Below are positions 1-10,837 of a stretch of 37,325 bases of DNA, piece by piece; the stretch's first letter is position 1, and the number at the start of each line of letters is the position of its first letter. Source of the DNA: Chrysochromulina tobinii (Eukaryota); contig JWZX01003190.1 in NCBI GenBank assembly GCA_001275005.1, positions 1 through 37,325 on the forward strand. Direction: 5' to 3'. Under the pieces are notes generated by a model. That model was not told the DNA's origin. It worked only from the letters and a program-made list of their open reading frames with translations, and made no database searches. The position numbers were made by a program, and so were the translations under genes.

Positions 1-507
1 CCCGCCCACCCCTCTCCTCCCCCCGCCCTGTGCTCATTCGCGCAGCGCCGCGCCCGCCCCGACAAAAAGTAGGTTGCCAAAATGAACGCGCCACCCGAGC
101 CGCCGCCGCCAACCGGGCGGAGCATGCCGCGCGACCCTTATGTGCCGCCCGCGCCGCAGACGCGTGCGCCCAAATTTTGGGGGCGCTTCTGAGGCGGCGC
201 GGAAGCGCATGCCGAGAGCCGGCACGGCGTGAGAAGAGGAAGGAGAAAGAGATCCGGATGGAAAGCTCAAAGCACACAGTGGCCGCGGCACACGGCGCTC
301 TCGGTCTCCCCCCCTTGGCGGCACCACCTCACTCTGGTACGCCGATTAGAGAGGGGCATCAGACTCTCAGCGAAAACCCTTGGAAGAAAAGGGTAAGTGG
401 CCGAAAAGGCGAGCTCGAGTGGAAATGCCGAAACAGAGGTTTCGCGGTTCGCGAAGCTCGAGCTCGCGATCGCCTTTTGCACGGAAAAAACAGCCTTCGT
501 GAGCAAG

Positions 508-1098
508 ATGGCCTCAGCTGATGGCAAGGAAGCCACCGAGCGCTCGGACTTGTCGTGTGCCGCTGGCTGCGGCTTCTTCGGCAGCGCCCACACTGGCGGC
601 ATGTGCTCCAAGTGCTACAAGGAGACGATAAGCAAGAACGGGCTTGCTGCTGCTGCGCAGCCACGGGTGACTGCCACGCCCACGCCGCCCCCGCCCGCGC
701 CCGCGCCAGCGCCAGAGGTGGCCATCCCCGCGCCGGAGGAGCCGGCGGCGCCCCAAACAGCTGCCAAGGAGGCCTCGCCGGTGCCGGCTGTGTCGCCGGC
801 AGCGGCTGAGCCGGCCAAGTTCATCGAGGCGGTCTCCATTCTAGAGATGTGCCCGCCGTCGGACGAGGGGACCGAGGTCGAGGCGCCGAAGAAGGTTCAG
901 GTGAACACGAGCCGCTGCTGGACGTGCAACCGGAAAATCGGCCTCACCGGCTTCCAGTGCAAGTGCGAGTTCTTCTTCTGCGCTGAGCACCGCTACTCAG
1001 ACCGCCACGAGTGCGCCTTTGATTTCAAGGCAGTGGGCAAGCAGCAGCTCGCCAAGGCGAACCCGGTGATCGCGCCCGCGAAGCTCAAGACCTTTTGA
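508..1098 (+). CDS. A20/AN1 zinc-finger (stress-associated/ZFAND5-6-like) protein
   Basis: N-terminal A20 finger CAAGCGFFG...MCSKCYK and C-terminal AN1 finger [34 protein letters not shown]; Pro/Ala linker; first in-frame ATG at 508; intronless. Confidence 0.93.
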   Translation: MASADGKEATERSDLSCAAGCGFFGSAHTGGMCSKCYKETISKNGLAAAAQPRVTATPTPPPPAPAPAPEVAIPAPEEPAAPQTAAKEASPVPAVSPAAAEPAKFIEAVSILEMCPPSDEGTEVEAPKKVQVNTSRCWTCNRKIGLTGFQCKCEFFFCAEHRYSDRHECAFDFKAVGKQQLAKANPVIAPAKLKTF

Positions 1099-1745
1099 GC
1101 TCGAAAGAGAGAGTCGTCATTTAGCGGATGTCTAAAAAGGCGAAAGCGGTCGTCTAATCGTCGTCGTCGGTCGGTAAGCTGTCCGCTACGATGTGTGCTG
1201 TCGACTGTATCCTCCGCTGTCGACTGTCGTGTCTGTGCTAGCGGGCGCGGACTTTCAAATCAAGCGAGCTGAAACGTCACTACTAACTTTACTATGTAAG
1301 CATTATCGCGACAATAATTAAGCAGGGAACGATAACGAGACGCTCCGGCGAGAAAGGCCGGCACATGTAGGCCCCGGCAGCGCGGGAACGAGCGCCCGCG
1401 TTGGGACCGCGCGCGGCGCGTAACGATATGCACCAAGGGGGGCGGCGGCTCGCGCGGTCGCGCGGCGGCGCCCGCCCCCCGGTCGCCGCCCCAGGCGGGG
1501 TCGGACGCCCGCCCGGGCCGCGTACGCCACGCGCTCGCGCACGACCGGACGTATGAAAACGACCCGAGAAAGCAGAAACGACTCGTGTCTGACGGACTCG
1601 ACCGTCACTGGGACGCTCCCATCCCAAACACGACGGCCTGGTCGGCGTGAGATGATGATGCGTGGCTACCGCAGCCGGTGAAGCCCTCAACCGACCTGGA
1701 CTGGGGGTGCGACGCGCAGCATATGCAGAGGCCCCGTAGAGCGCC

Positions 1746-3386
1746 CTAGCTGGTTGAGGCTCCTTCGCGCCCACGACGACGCGCCTCCTCCAGCAGGCTG
1801 CACGGCCGGCCCGCAAGACCCTCCTCGATAGTGCGCTCAACATGGCGCCTCAGATCCGAGGGGAGCGCCTCGATGCCTTCACGCTCATGGCGCGCTGCCT
1901 CCTTGACGGTGACGAAGAGCACATTGGACACGTCCGCGGGGCACCGCTCATCGAAGCGGCACAGGCAGAAGACCGGGCGCGTCGGGTCGAGTAGGCGCGT
2001 GCCACTGAGCGCCGAACGGCTGCGGAAGATGTCGTTGACGACCAGCGCGACCTCATGGTAGGTGAGAGGCACCTCGCTCGCAGGTCGCTGCTTCTCCTTG
2101 AGCTCCCTTTTTAGGAAGGCGCGGTACAATCGCGTTTGGAAGCCGGCCGACATGGATGGGACAGCACGCGGCGAGGGCACCACCGGGTTGCCCGCGAGGA
2201 CGCTCAGCGAGTGCGCGGCCAGCGCGGCACCCATCGCGGCCGGTAGCGGAGGCAGCACGGGCATCACACGCACTCGGAAGCTCGCTTGAGAGCCCAGCTC
2301 GTTTGCCGTGGCCCCCGAAGGCAGAGGGAGCAATCCGACCTGTGAATGGGGCGAGGAGGGGCGTCATCAGCTCGTCATCAGCTCGTCATCAGCTCGTCAT
2401 CAGCTCGTCATCAAAGTACCATCAGACGCAATCAGCAGGAGGTATCCCACCTGCTGAGGCTCCGACGAGTACACCACAGGCACACGATGGCAGAGCTCAT
2501 CCCACCAACGCTCCGGTGACAGCGCCAACGGCTCGGTGGCAAGGGCTTTGCCATCGCTGCTGCTACATCCTTCCTCCTCGCTGCCGCCGCGCTTTTCGTC
2601 GTCGTCGTCGCCGCCGACGCCGACGCCGCCACCGCCCTCGTCGTCGCCGCCGCCTCCACCGCCCTCGTCGCCGCCGCCGCCTCCACCGCCCTCGTCGCCG
2701 CCGCCGCCGCTCGCCACTGGCGCCGTGGTGGGCGCCTCGTCGTCGGTGCCATCGACGCGCTGCTTCTTGAGCCGTTTGAGCAGCGAGGCCGCGATGGGGT
2801 CGTTGAATACCTCCGACAGCCGGCCTACGTGGAAGGCGCAGCAGTCGCCTTTGCCGCCAGCGCCGAGCGCACACAACACGGGAAGGCCCTCGCGCACACA
2901 ATAGCCGAGCAGTGCCGCCTTCGTGGCGAGGTCGTCGATGCAGTCGACGACGAGCGCCGGCTCACCCGCGAGAAGGCGCGGAGCTGCGGCCGCGTCAAAG
3001 AGTGCGACGATCGCCTCGATCTGCGCTGACGGTGCCACACGTAGCATCTGCTCTCGCAGCGCCACCACCTTGGGCGTGCCCACGTCTGCGCGCACGGCGG
3101 TGGCGTTCCGGTTGAGTGATGAGAGTGTCACCTGGTCAAAGTCGATCAGGCGCAGCCGCCTCACGCCGCCGCGCAGGAGCAGGTTCGCTGTGTGGCTACC
3201 GACGCCGCCGAGGCCGATGATGATGACCAGCGGACCGATGGCGCTGCCGCCGCCCGAAGGGATCGTTGCGCTGGCGACAGAGAGCAGCGTCGCCGCACGT
3301 TTGCGGCTTAGCTCCGTCCAGACCGCGAAGACCGCGTAGGCCACAGTTGCGACGGACGCCACGGTGATCGGGAAAGCCGCGTGCAT
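1746..3386 (-). CDS. ThiF/E1-like tRNA threonylcarbamoyladenosine dehydratase (TcdA/TCD1-2-like), 2 exons (3386-2451, 2339-1746)
   Basis: IIIGLGGVGSH nucleotide-binding motif, LIDFDQVTLSSLNR, VVDCIDD, VVYSSE and FRVRVMP; N-terminal hydrophobic anchor as in fungal TCD proteins; a GT-AG intron at 2450-2340 joins the two ORFs in frame (QQ|VGLLPLP). Confidence 0.85.
2340..2450 (-). other. Repeat-filled intron (111 nt)
   Basis: Minus strand GTGGGA...CACAG; tandem CTGATGACGAG units and TGATTGC; junctions CAG|GTGGGAT and CAG|GTCGGAT are near-identical. Confidence 0.85.
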
Positions 3387-3564
3387 GACTCCGCGAAAAG
3401 GCGTGAACTTCCTAACAAGTCGCACACACATTTGGCTGTGGCACGCATTTAAGATATGATTTTCCGAGGGTCATTTGCGATGTGTGCTTGAGACGGCGGC
3501 CGCCGCGTCCTGGGGACCTGCCTGGGCAGCTGGCGTGAATGCTGCTCTGCTGCGTGCTGCGACC

Positions 3565-5259
3565 ATGCTGATCTTCCGAAAGGGAACACCATGGAGGCTA
3601 ATGTTCCGGAGGGTGGGCTCGGCTATCCTCCCAGCGATGCCCGAGGGCTTATTGGCCGCCATGTGGACTCTCCTGATCGAGTTGATCGTGCCCCGCTCGT
3701 ACATGGACACGCTGCTGCAGCACCCTAATGCATACCATACGTTTGCATTCTTGGCGCTGACGTTGCTCGTGTTCCGCACCAACGTCGCGTACAATCGCTT
3801 TTGGGAGTGCTGCACCTCGGTCACCGTTATGGGAGGCATGTGGGGCGACGCGTTCACCATGGCCATCACGATGGACGAGCTCATCAACACCAACAAGCGT
3901 GAGTACGGCGAGGCGGGCGCTGCGTGGCTCGAGAAGCGGCGGCGGCACCAGATGCTCATGGCCCGCCGCTACTCACTCTGCCACGCGCTCGCACTGCAGT
4001 ACCTGCGCCGCGATGACTGCCTAAAAAACCTGGTCCCGAGCGACGGGCGCCAACCGAAAGTGCCAATGGGGGCTGGGGCGTTTGGCGGCATGGAGCAGCC
4101 GACGAGCCGTGCGGACCCCGAGTGGCAGCAGCTCGAGGTGCTCGGTGGCCTCACCGAGTCTGAGATCCGTTCGCTCGAGAGTAGCCCCGACCGCGTGGGG
4201 TACATCTTCTCGCAGATCATGCACCTGAACGCACAGCGGCGCTGCGACGGCGGCCTGGGCACGGACCCGCCAGTGCTCTCGCGCTACTGGTCGTGTCTCT
4301 CGTCCGGCATGTCGGGCATGCGGCAGGCGCGCAAGGTCGAGGACATCCCCTTCCCGTGGCCGTACACGCAGGCCGTCGCCCTCTGTACCCACTTGTTCGC
4401 CCTCACCTTCCCGCTCGTTCTCGCACACTTTGCCAACTGCGGCTCCGTTTCATGCGCCAGCCCCAACTATTGGATGGGCCCGTTCCTCGCGTTCGTCACG
4501 GTGACCTCCTTCGCGGCCCTTGACCAGGTCGCCGTCGCCCTCGAGGATCCCTTTGTCCACCCGCCCAACGACTTGCCTGCGAACGCGCTTCAGGCGGCCT
4601 TCAACAACCGCCTGAACACCATCCTCGACGCCGTTCGTCGGCCGGCGGATGCTCTCACAACGAACTCGCAACTAGTGTGTGACTTAGACCGTCTCCCCGA
4701 GGGCGACGAGAAGTACTGGGGCGAGTTCGCCGAGCTCGAGGCGACAGACGTGAAGCTTGCGACGGTCAACTTCCTTGGACAGTGGCGCAAGTACACGACG
4801 AAGCACGAGAGGCCAGCCCATACTTTTCGTTCGAAGAGTATGTCGAACATTGCCACGCCAGGGCTGGTCATGCTCTCGTCGGGCCGGGGGAAGCTCAAGA
4901 CGCGCCTCCTGGAAGTCGAGGCTGTCGGGGGTTTCAAGAAATCCTCGTCGGATCCAAACTTGACGAGGCTCGAGGACGGAATCGCCGCCCCCCCCCCAGG
5001 CGCCCCCCCCCCAGGCCGCGGACCCCTTGGCGGCAAACTGGGTAAATTGACGTCGACCTCTCTCGATTTCCTTCCCCAATTTCCGAAGGCGCAGCCCACT
5101 AGCCCAAACAGTTCTAGCACCATCGGCGACACCCTGAATATCTTTAAGCGCTCCCGGGCACTCGGCACGGATCCAACCCTGAGTGATACGGATAGCCCCA
5201 TCGGGACGCCAACGAAGGGGTCCCCTTCTGCTTCGCCCAGCGTGCCCAGACGTGCCTAG
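3565..5259 (+). CDS. Bestrophin-like (UPF0187/bestrophin family) anion channel
   Basis: LLVFRTNVAYNRFWE, PFPWPY and LEDPF...NDLP motifs; hydrophobic segments; low-complexity C-terminal tail; first ATG at 3565. Confidence 0.88.
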   Translation: MLIFRKGTPWRLMFRRVGSAILPAMPEGLLAAMWTLLIELIVPRSYMDTLLQHPNAYHTFAFLALTLLVFRTNVAYNRFWECCTSVTVMGGMWGDAFTMAITMDELINTNKREYGEAGAAWLEKRRRHQMLMARRYSLCHALALQYLRRDDCLKNLVPSDGRQPKVPMGAGAFGGMEQPTSRADPEWQQLEVLGGLTESEIRSLESSPDRVGYIFSQIMHLNAQRRCDGGLGTDPPVLSRYWSCLSSGMSGMRQARKVEDIPFPWPYTQAVALCTHLFALTFPLVLAHFANCGSVSCASPNYWMGPFLAFVTVTSFAALDQVAVALEDPFVHPPNDLPANALQAAFNNRLNTILDAVRRPADALTTNSQLVCDLDRLPEGDEKYWGEFAELEATDVKLATVNFLGQWRKYTTKHERPAHTFRSKSMSNIATPGLVMLSSGRGKLKTRLLEVEAVGGFKKSSSDPNLTRLEDGIAAPPPGAPPPGRGPLGGKLGKLTSTSLDFLPQFPKAQPTSPNSSSTIGDTLNIFKRSRALGTDPTLSDTDSPIGTPTKGSPSASPSVPRRA

Positions 5260-5842
5260 GCATGCGTGGTGTGGCACGCGGAGGGTCCACTCGCGGGTGG
5301 ACCCGTGCCGAGTGCCCTGGAGCGCTTCGAGATGTTTAGGGACGTCGGCTCGTAGGTCGTACTCTGTCACGTATCCTGGGCATAGGCTATAGCGCATGGC
5401 TTTTGTTACATGTTATGAGTTTCGGAGAGTTGCGGCGCGCGGCGACCATTACTACTGTCACATGTAGTACGGTGTAACACACGCGACCGCTGCGCGTCGG
5501 TGATCGGACGCTTTATATTTATCGTCAATCGTGAACGGACGCACCAGCACACGGAAGACGTGCGATGTACGATGAGCACGCAGCGGTGTGATGAGAAGGG
5601 TTTTACATGATGTATACATGGTCGCCTTCTCTGCAGCTCTCACGATCATGCGACAACAACTTTCTACAATTAATTGCCACGTCATTCGTCATGCTGTGAA
5701 GTCGCGATTTCATGTGGGTTCCACCCTTCGCCCATCCCACTCGTGTACCGCCTCTCACGGTCGGCGATTTGAGCATCGTGTGTGCCACGACAGATCAGAC
5801 GCGACTGAGCGCGCTACTAGGTCCCATCGCGTGAAGGCGTGC

Positions 5843-6565
5843 ATGCGCTTGCTGCTGCTCGTGGCTTGCTGCGCATGCGCCGCCGCACGCCCGCGGACGG
5901 GCCGCGATTGGAGCAAGCTGACGGACAAGGACTGGGACCGCATCGAAGACGAGTGGTCAACACCTGAGGAGAAGGAGGAGTACGAGTTCAAGCCGCCGAA
6001 GCCAGGGAAGGGCGTCGACATTGATGCGCTTCAAAAGGCGATGGAGAAGCAGGAAAAACTGAAGAAGAAAGGAAAGCTCAAGAAGGGTGAGCAGAGCCCT
6101 GAGGTCAAGAAGATGCTTGCTCAGACGCAGCAGACCTCGGGGCCAGCGATGCTGTTTGCCACGCTCGACTACGAGGGCTGCTGCAAGAAGAATGAGACGG
6201 AGAAGATTGGCACGCGGTGGGCCACGCTCATGGCCTCGGCGGGTATGGCCGTACAGACGTACGTAATCGACGAGAACATGGTGCTCTACTCCACGCAGGC
6301 GGGCGGGTTCGTCAACGAGATCATCGAGTACGTCACGCAGCAGACGGAGTGCGTCTTCGTCGAGTTCAACAGCCAGCAGACGCCCGGCCCGGCCAAAACG
6401 CCAGAGTGGATCGCCAAAGACGAGGCGAGGAAGGCGGAAATGAAGGCAACGCAAGAGAAGAAGAAGGCCGAGGAGGAGGCCGTCAAGAAGGCCGAGGAGA
6501 AGCTGAAAGCGAAGAAGAAGAAGAAGGGCAAGCAAAGGAAGGCCAATGATAAGGAAGAGATGTAA
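5843..6565 (+). CDS. MESD/Boca-like ER chaperone
   Basis: Signal peptide MRLLLLVACCACAAA; DWDRIEDEW segment; core GPAMLFATL...ETEKIGTRW...QTYVIDENMVLY...EIIEYVTQQTECVFVEFNSQQTPG resembles the MESD core from memory; Lys-rich tail ending KEEM (KDEL-like). Confidence 0.72.
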   Translation: MRLLLLVACCACAAARPRTGRDWSKLTDKDWDRIEDEWSTPEEKEEYEFKPPKPGKGVDIDALQKAMEKQEKLKKKGKLKKGEQSPEVKKMLAQTQQTSGPAMLFATLDYEGCCKKNETEKIGTRWATLMASAGMAVQTYVIDENMVLYSTQAGGFVNEIIEYVTQQTECVFVEFNSQQTPGPAKTPEWIAKDEARKAEMKATQEKKKAEEEAVKKAEEKLKAKKKKKGKQRKANDKEEM

Positions 6566-6958
6566 GGATTACACGTTAGGAGAGACCCACAGCGACAGCA
6601 CGCGCTACTTCCTCAGGTATTAATAGCCAACCGCCGCCGGTACAAAATCGCGAGGCGCAGTCCTTCTCCTGGAGGCCGGACAGACGTGAGACGAGCATTG
6701 AGGCTTCAGTGCGAGCTCGGAGCTCGGGGCATGTTTTGGGCATGTTTATCGTTTTCAGACCGCGCACCCGCGGCGCACCGGGCGGGTCGGCGGCGCGGGG
6801 CGCGGGTTCGTGCCGGCACGCGGTCGTCCCGGGCGGTGAGCCTTTGTGAGCCTCCGAAGACCGATACGTCGACGCGAGGATCTGTCCTTGACTCGTTTCT
6901 CTATATTCATACTGGCGCATGGCCCTAGTCTAAAGTTAGTCGGGCCGAGATGCCCAAG

Positions 6959-7639
6959 TCATCGGTGAAGGGCTCCGCTTCCTTTTGCGGCCTCCTGCTT
7001 CGCGCCAGCGGCCACGACCGCCGCGTGCGCCCACAGCGCCCCGAGGACGCTCGCGCCGGCGCCCCAGATGATGCCGCCCGCGCAAAGGCCGCCGAAGCCC
7101 GCGGTGGGCGGCAGGTTCACCAGGATGCCGCCCACGATGAGGGCGCCGGCGGAGGCCTCGGCGAGGAAGGGCGCGGGCGCCGCGGGAAGCGCGCGAAAGT
7201 AGAGAAGCGAGAGGCCGAGCACAATGTAGCCGATCATGAAGAGGATGGCGAAGGCCGTGTATGCGGAGTCTTTCGGGCCAGTGAACATGAAGCCGTCGAG
7301 GTCGACGGCGGCGGGGAGCGCCCTGGCTATCGGCGGGAAGACGTCGTACGCGATGACGCCGTCCGCGAAGAAGCACGCCTGACCGACGAGGGCGCACGCG
7401 GTGCCGATGAGGCCCCACGCGCCCGTCTTGGGCGCGTGCAGCCCGTGCACGCCCGCCGCGCCCAGGAGCCCCGCGATCGCGGCGATGCAATGGATCACTA
7501 GCACTTGCGAGGCGTTCCAGATGGGGTGGACAGCGGCCGCCGCGCCGTAAAAGGCCGTGTGGGGGTTCGCCGTCGCCCAGAAGATGATAAAGAGGAACCC
7601 GCTGAGGGCGAACGTCGCCGCGCCGAGGAGCGCCGTCAT
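6959..7639 (-). CDS. Uncharacterised multi-pass membrane protein (about 6 TM)
   Basis: 226-aa intronless ORF with ATG start, strongly GC3-biased codons and multiple hydrophobic helices. Confidence 0.75.
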   Translation of the reverse strand: MTALLGAATFALSGFLFIIFWATANPHTAFYGAAAAVHPIWNASQVLVIHCIAAIAGLLGAAGVHGLHAPKTGAWGLIGTACALVGQACFFADGVIAYDVFPPIARALPAAVDLDGFMFTGPKDSAYTAFAILFMIGYIVLGLSLLYFRALPAAPAPFLAEASAGALIVGGILVNLPPTAGFGGLCAGGIIWGAGASVLGALWAHAAVVAAGAKQEAAKGSGALHR

Positions 7640-7943
7640 TGCTGGTCGGGGAGAGGAGTGGGTTGATGGCTTGTTGGCCTCTGTTGCAGGCTCAGTTGCA
7701 GCTCAGTTGCACTGAGAGCGGATCCAAGCTCCGCGCTGCAGCGAACACGCAACCGTTATTTAACTGAGTACAAGTGAACCCACACCCGGTTCCTGTCCAC
7801 ACCTCTCGAACCCCGTTTATCCCGATGGGGGGTGGGTTGGGATCTTTGGGAAGATTCTTTTTGAGTTGGATTCAAGGATTTTCGAGATGTAAATGCTCTG
7901 ACACTCACCGGCCCACAGCCTTGGTTATTTGCCCCAGCGCTCT

Positions 7944-8315
7944 ACCTCGTCCGAGCCGAGGCCATTGGTGGCCGGCTTGGGCTTCCTCGCAACCTTTTTC
8001 CACGACGCCATCGCCCCCGCATCCATATCGACCGCGTTCGCCGACGCCATCGCCTTCTCTGTTCTACTTTTTTCCAGATTCCACAAAAACAGCATAAACA
8101 GAAAAAAACCCCGCCCTTTTCTACTGTGCATTAACTCTAGTATCTTTTGGGGGGCAGCCGTTACGAGTACTTTTACGGTGTGGAGCTCCATTAGATTTGT
8201 TTGCCGTGGCGGAGTAATGGGAAGGCTGGCGCCCTTAATGGCGCCCGCCGTTTCGCGCCCGTCCGGCCACGTGCCCACGTCCAATCCTCCAATGGCTTGT
8301 CGGCTCGGACGAGGT
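7944..8315. mobile_element. Possible MITE-like element with terminal inverted repeats
   Basis: ACCTCGTCCGAGCCGA (7944-7959) is the exact reverse complement of 8300-8315; pairing extends inward with GCCATTGG/CCAATGGC; interior is relatively AT-rich; no clear target-site duplication. Confidence 0.45.
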
Positions 8316-8896
8316 CTCGTCTCTCGACGGGTTGCAGCGAAAAAAAGTTTGGGACTCTCAACTTCCGCAACAGACATGGACATGTTTAACCCAAGTTCGT
8401 ATGTGCAACAATATGCGATAATCCCGCGCTGCAACCACCTGCATGGTACATGTTGTGAGGTATAAACGATTTTTTAAACGAAAGCTCTGAGCACCCTCTG
8501 TGCTGAGCTCATCAAACCGGGGTGACGGGGGGTTTCCTATCGTTTTGAGGGGGGGGGTCCTATCAGAGACGTATCCTGATGTATCCTGATGTATCCTGCA
8601 TGTATCCTGATTGTATCTTGATGTGTCCCGTAAAGAAATGTTGAAAGTAACAGCAAGTCAGATTTAAATTTTGAGATACATCAGGATACACTCAAGATAC
8701 ATGTACATGTACGTGTATCCTTCACGATACATGCAGGATACATCACGATACATAAGGATACGTATCTGATAGGACCCCCCCCAAAACGATAGGAAACCAC
8801 CCCGCACCCCATGAAACAGGAGTACCGGCTTCTAGCCGCCATTTATTCCGCCGCCACCGCCCTTGCGCCACCGCCCCCGCATCCATATCGACCGCG
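8012..8896 (+). repeat. Dispersed direct repeat (two copies, 8012-8036 and 8872-8896)
   Basis: Exact 25-mer CGCCCCCGCATCCATATCGACCGCG in both; each copy is followed by CGCCATCGCC, a T-tract and CAAAA(A)CAGCA-AAACA-AAAAAA. Confidence 0.75.
8519..8810. mobile_element. MITE / non-autonomous DNA transposon with ~90-nt TIRs
   Basis: Left end GGGGTGACGGGGGGTTTCCTATCGTTTTG...GGTCCTATCAGA is mirrored by right end TCTGATAGGACC...CAAAACGATAGGAAACCACCCCGCACCCC; subterminal GTATCCTGAT/ATCAGGATAC decamers; flanks ATCAAACC and ATGAAACA look like a degenerate 8-bp TSD; no ORF. Confidence 0.85.
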
Positions 8897-9074
8897 ATTG
8901 CCACCGCCATCGCCACCGCCATCGCACCTCAGGGCTTACTCAGGGCTGTTTTTATTTTCCCCAAAACAGCAAAAACATAAAAAACACGTGCTCCTCTTCA
9001 CTGTACACGCTACATAATTTGACCTCCCGTTTGACCTTTTTTGTTTTTTGGGGGTGGTCTTGAAATATCTGCGT

Positions 9075-9109
9075 CGGTCGGTCGGCTGTCCCTCCCTCCC
9101 GACCGACCG
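9075..9109. repeat. Short inverted repeat (11-bp stem)
   Basis: CGGTCGGTCGG-13 nt-CCGACCGACCG. Confidence 0.6.
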
Positions 9110-9249
9110 TGGCTCCGACAGAGACCAAAGTCGCCCGCTCGCCCTATCAAGGGTTCAAATAACGCTAGGGACTACATGTAGGATGTACATCACAAATATA
9201 CATACATGTACCTCGCGAGTAAAGGCACCTCCGAGTGGTGCTCGGCTCT

Positions 9250-9412
9250 GAGGCGGCGAGGTTGGAGGAGGCGAGGGTGGAGGAGGCGACGGCGGTGGTG
9301 GCGAGGGCGGCGGCGGTGACGGCTACGGGCGCGGCCTGGGTGACGGTGAGGGTGGCGGCATGATGCCGGTGGTATAGGGAAGTTGGGTGGCAGAGGTGAT
9401 GGTGACGGGTGG
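9250..9412 (-). pseudogene. Degenerate SPPPP (Pro-rich, HRGP-like) coding fragment
   Basis: Minus strand reads ...PSPPPPSPPPPSPPPPSPPPTSPP with synonymous Pro codons, an in-frame TAG (ccg tag ccg) and a frame shift upstream. Confidence 0.5.
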
Positions 9413-9603
9413 AAATCAAGGACTGGGGATGAGCTACTTTGGTTTGCTCATGGGTTTGCTGGGGCCGTCCTGTGGGCTCGCGCGCGCCCTTCTGAGCGGA
9501 CGAGTATTAACAGGCCAGGTTCACACGCCGTGTCTCACACCTGAGTTGCCGATCGCACAGGGTCGGAGCCGCAGCGCCGCCAGCCGCCGTGAAGGCAGAC
9601 GCT

Positions 9604-10323
9604 ATGGGAGCCTTAGCGCCTATGTCGACCAACCGTCTGTTGCTGGAGCTGGCACGCGAGCGAAATGCAGACTTGCGAGAGCAGAACACAGACCTGCGCG
9701 ACGACAACACGCGCCTGCGCCAGGAAAACGCAGTGCTCCGTCACGAACTCGCTGCCGCGAGGCGCACTATTGAGGAGGTGATGGCGGACGCTGCAACCGC
9801 ACGGCGAGCGGCGGCCGCGAAAGTCGCGCAGCCAGCGTCCGCCATCGCCGCGATGCCAGCTTCCGCGCGGACGCCAAATGTAATGCCAGCTTCGCGAACG
9901 TCCCGTTCTGCGGTGAGCGCATCAGTCACGCCCAGTTCGGCATCGCTGGCTGCACCACTTCCGAAGGCTGCCTTTCGCATCGTGCGGGACGCGCCAGCAA
10001 CGCAGCGGCATCAAGGCCTCAAGATAGTATCAGCGCGCCAGCCGGCTTCCGTCGCTGCGGCGGCCGCCGCTGTTGCTGATAACGAGCAGCGCGAGCGCGA
10101 GGCGGAGGCTCGGAACACATGGCGTGCAGAGAGGGCATTGGCTGCACTGGTGATCCAATCGCACGCGAGGGCCTTGCTAGTGCAGCAGCGCCTCAACCTG
10201 GCTCGCGCGAGGTTTGCGGCCGTGCAGAAGCTCCAGGCCGTTGTTCGCGGCAACGCGGCTCGAGGAATCGCGGAACGTCGACGATTCGAAGGGCCATGCA
10301 CTCGGTTTGGATTCAGGGATTGA
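9604..10323 (+). CDS. Coiled-coil protein with two C-terminal IQ-like motifs
   Basis: Heptad region LARERNADLREQNTDLRDDNTRLRQENAVLRHEL; IQSHARALLVQQR and LQAVVRGNAARG match the IQxxxRGxxxR pattern; start at 9604 or 9622. Confidence 0.6.
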   Translation: MGALAPMSTNRLLLELARERNADLREQNTDLRDDNTRLRQENAVLRHELAAARRTIEEVMADAATARRAAAAKVAQPASAIAAMPASARTPNVMPASRTSRSAVSASVTPSSASLAAPLPKAAFRIVRDAPATQRHQGLKIVSARQPASVAAAAAAVADNEQREREAEARNTWRAERALAALVIQSHARALLVQQRLNLARARFAAVQKLQAVVRGNAARGIAERRRFEGPCTRFGFRD

Positions 10324-10837
10324 GGATTGTGTGCGAATCCAGGATAAATAATATGCCTCTTAGGAATCCTACGTTGCCGCTCCAGTCTTAGTCTTCACGT
10401 CTACGTCTACGTGCGCGTGAACCGTGTGATGGCTGGTGTACCGTCAGAGCGGGCGAGAGGCGGCGGGCGGCGGGCGGGCGAGCGGGCGACCGCGCGCAGT
10501 CCGCAGAGAGGCGCGTACGTGACCGACGCGCACGCGGGTCAAGACGGTGCGAGAGGTACCCCGAGATACGTAGTTGGTTTATACATGTAATTGTTGGCTT
10601 CTCTGAACAGGCGCCTGTTTCAACTTCACGTTTCGCAACGCGTGAATTCACGCACTACGAATGTATCGTATTGTCTTCACAGCTGTGCTGCTTACGTGTT
10701 TTGTGTATTAACATGAAATCACGCTGCAAATTCACGCCCGGATGCGAGCGATCGGATAGCTAATCGATGTCGGGTCCTCTGGCAATTGACACCTGCATGC
10801 GCTTGGTCCACTTCAACCGACTCGTGCCCGCGGATGC

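Noticed and set aside
1370..1550. CpG/GC-rich patches between genes (also ~6760, ~10450, ~15240, ~27330) as a shared element
   Set aside because: Only short GACCG/CGGTC-type words are shared; no alignable repeat was found by eye.
2590..2712. Pro-rich plus-strand ORF over the GCC-rich tract
   Set aside because: It is the antisense of an in-frame Gly/Asp low-complexity insert within the TcdA-like gene.
9075..9125. Helitron 3' end
   Set aside because: A hairpin is present but there is no CTRR terminus at the expected distance.
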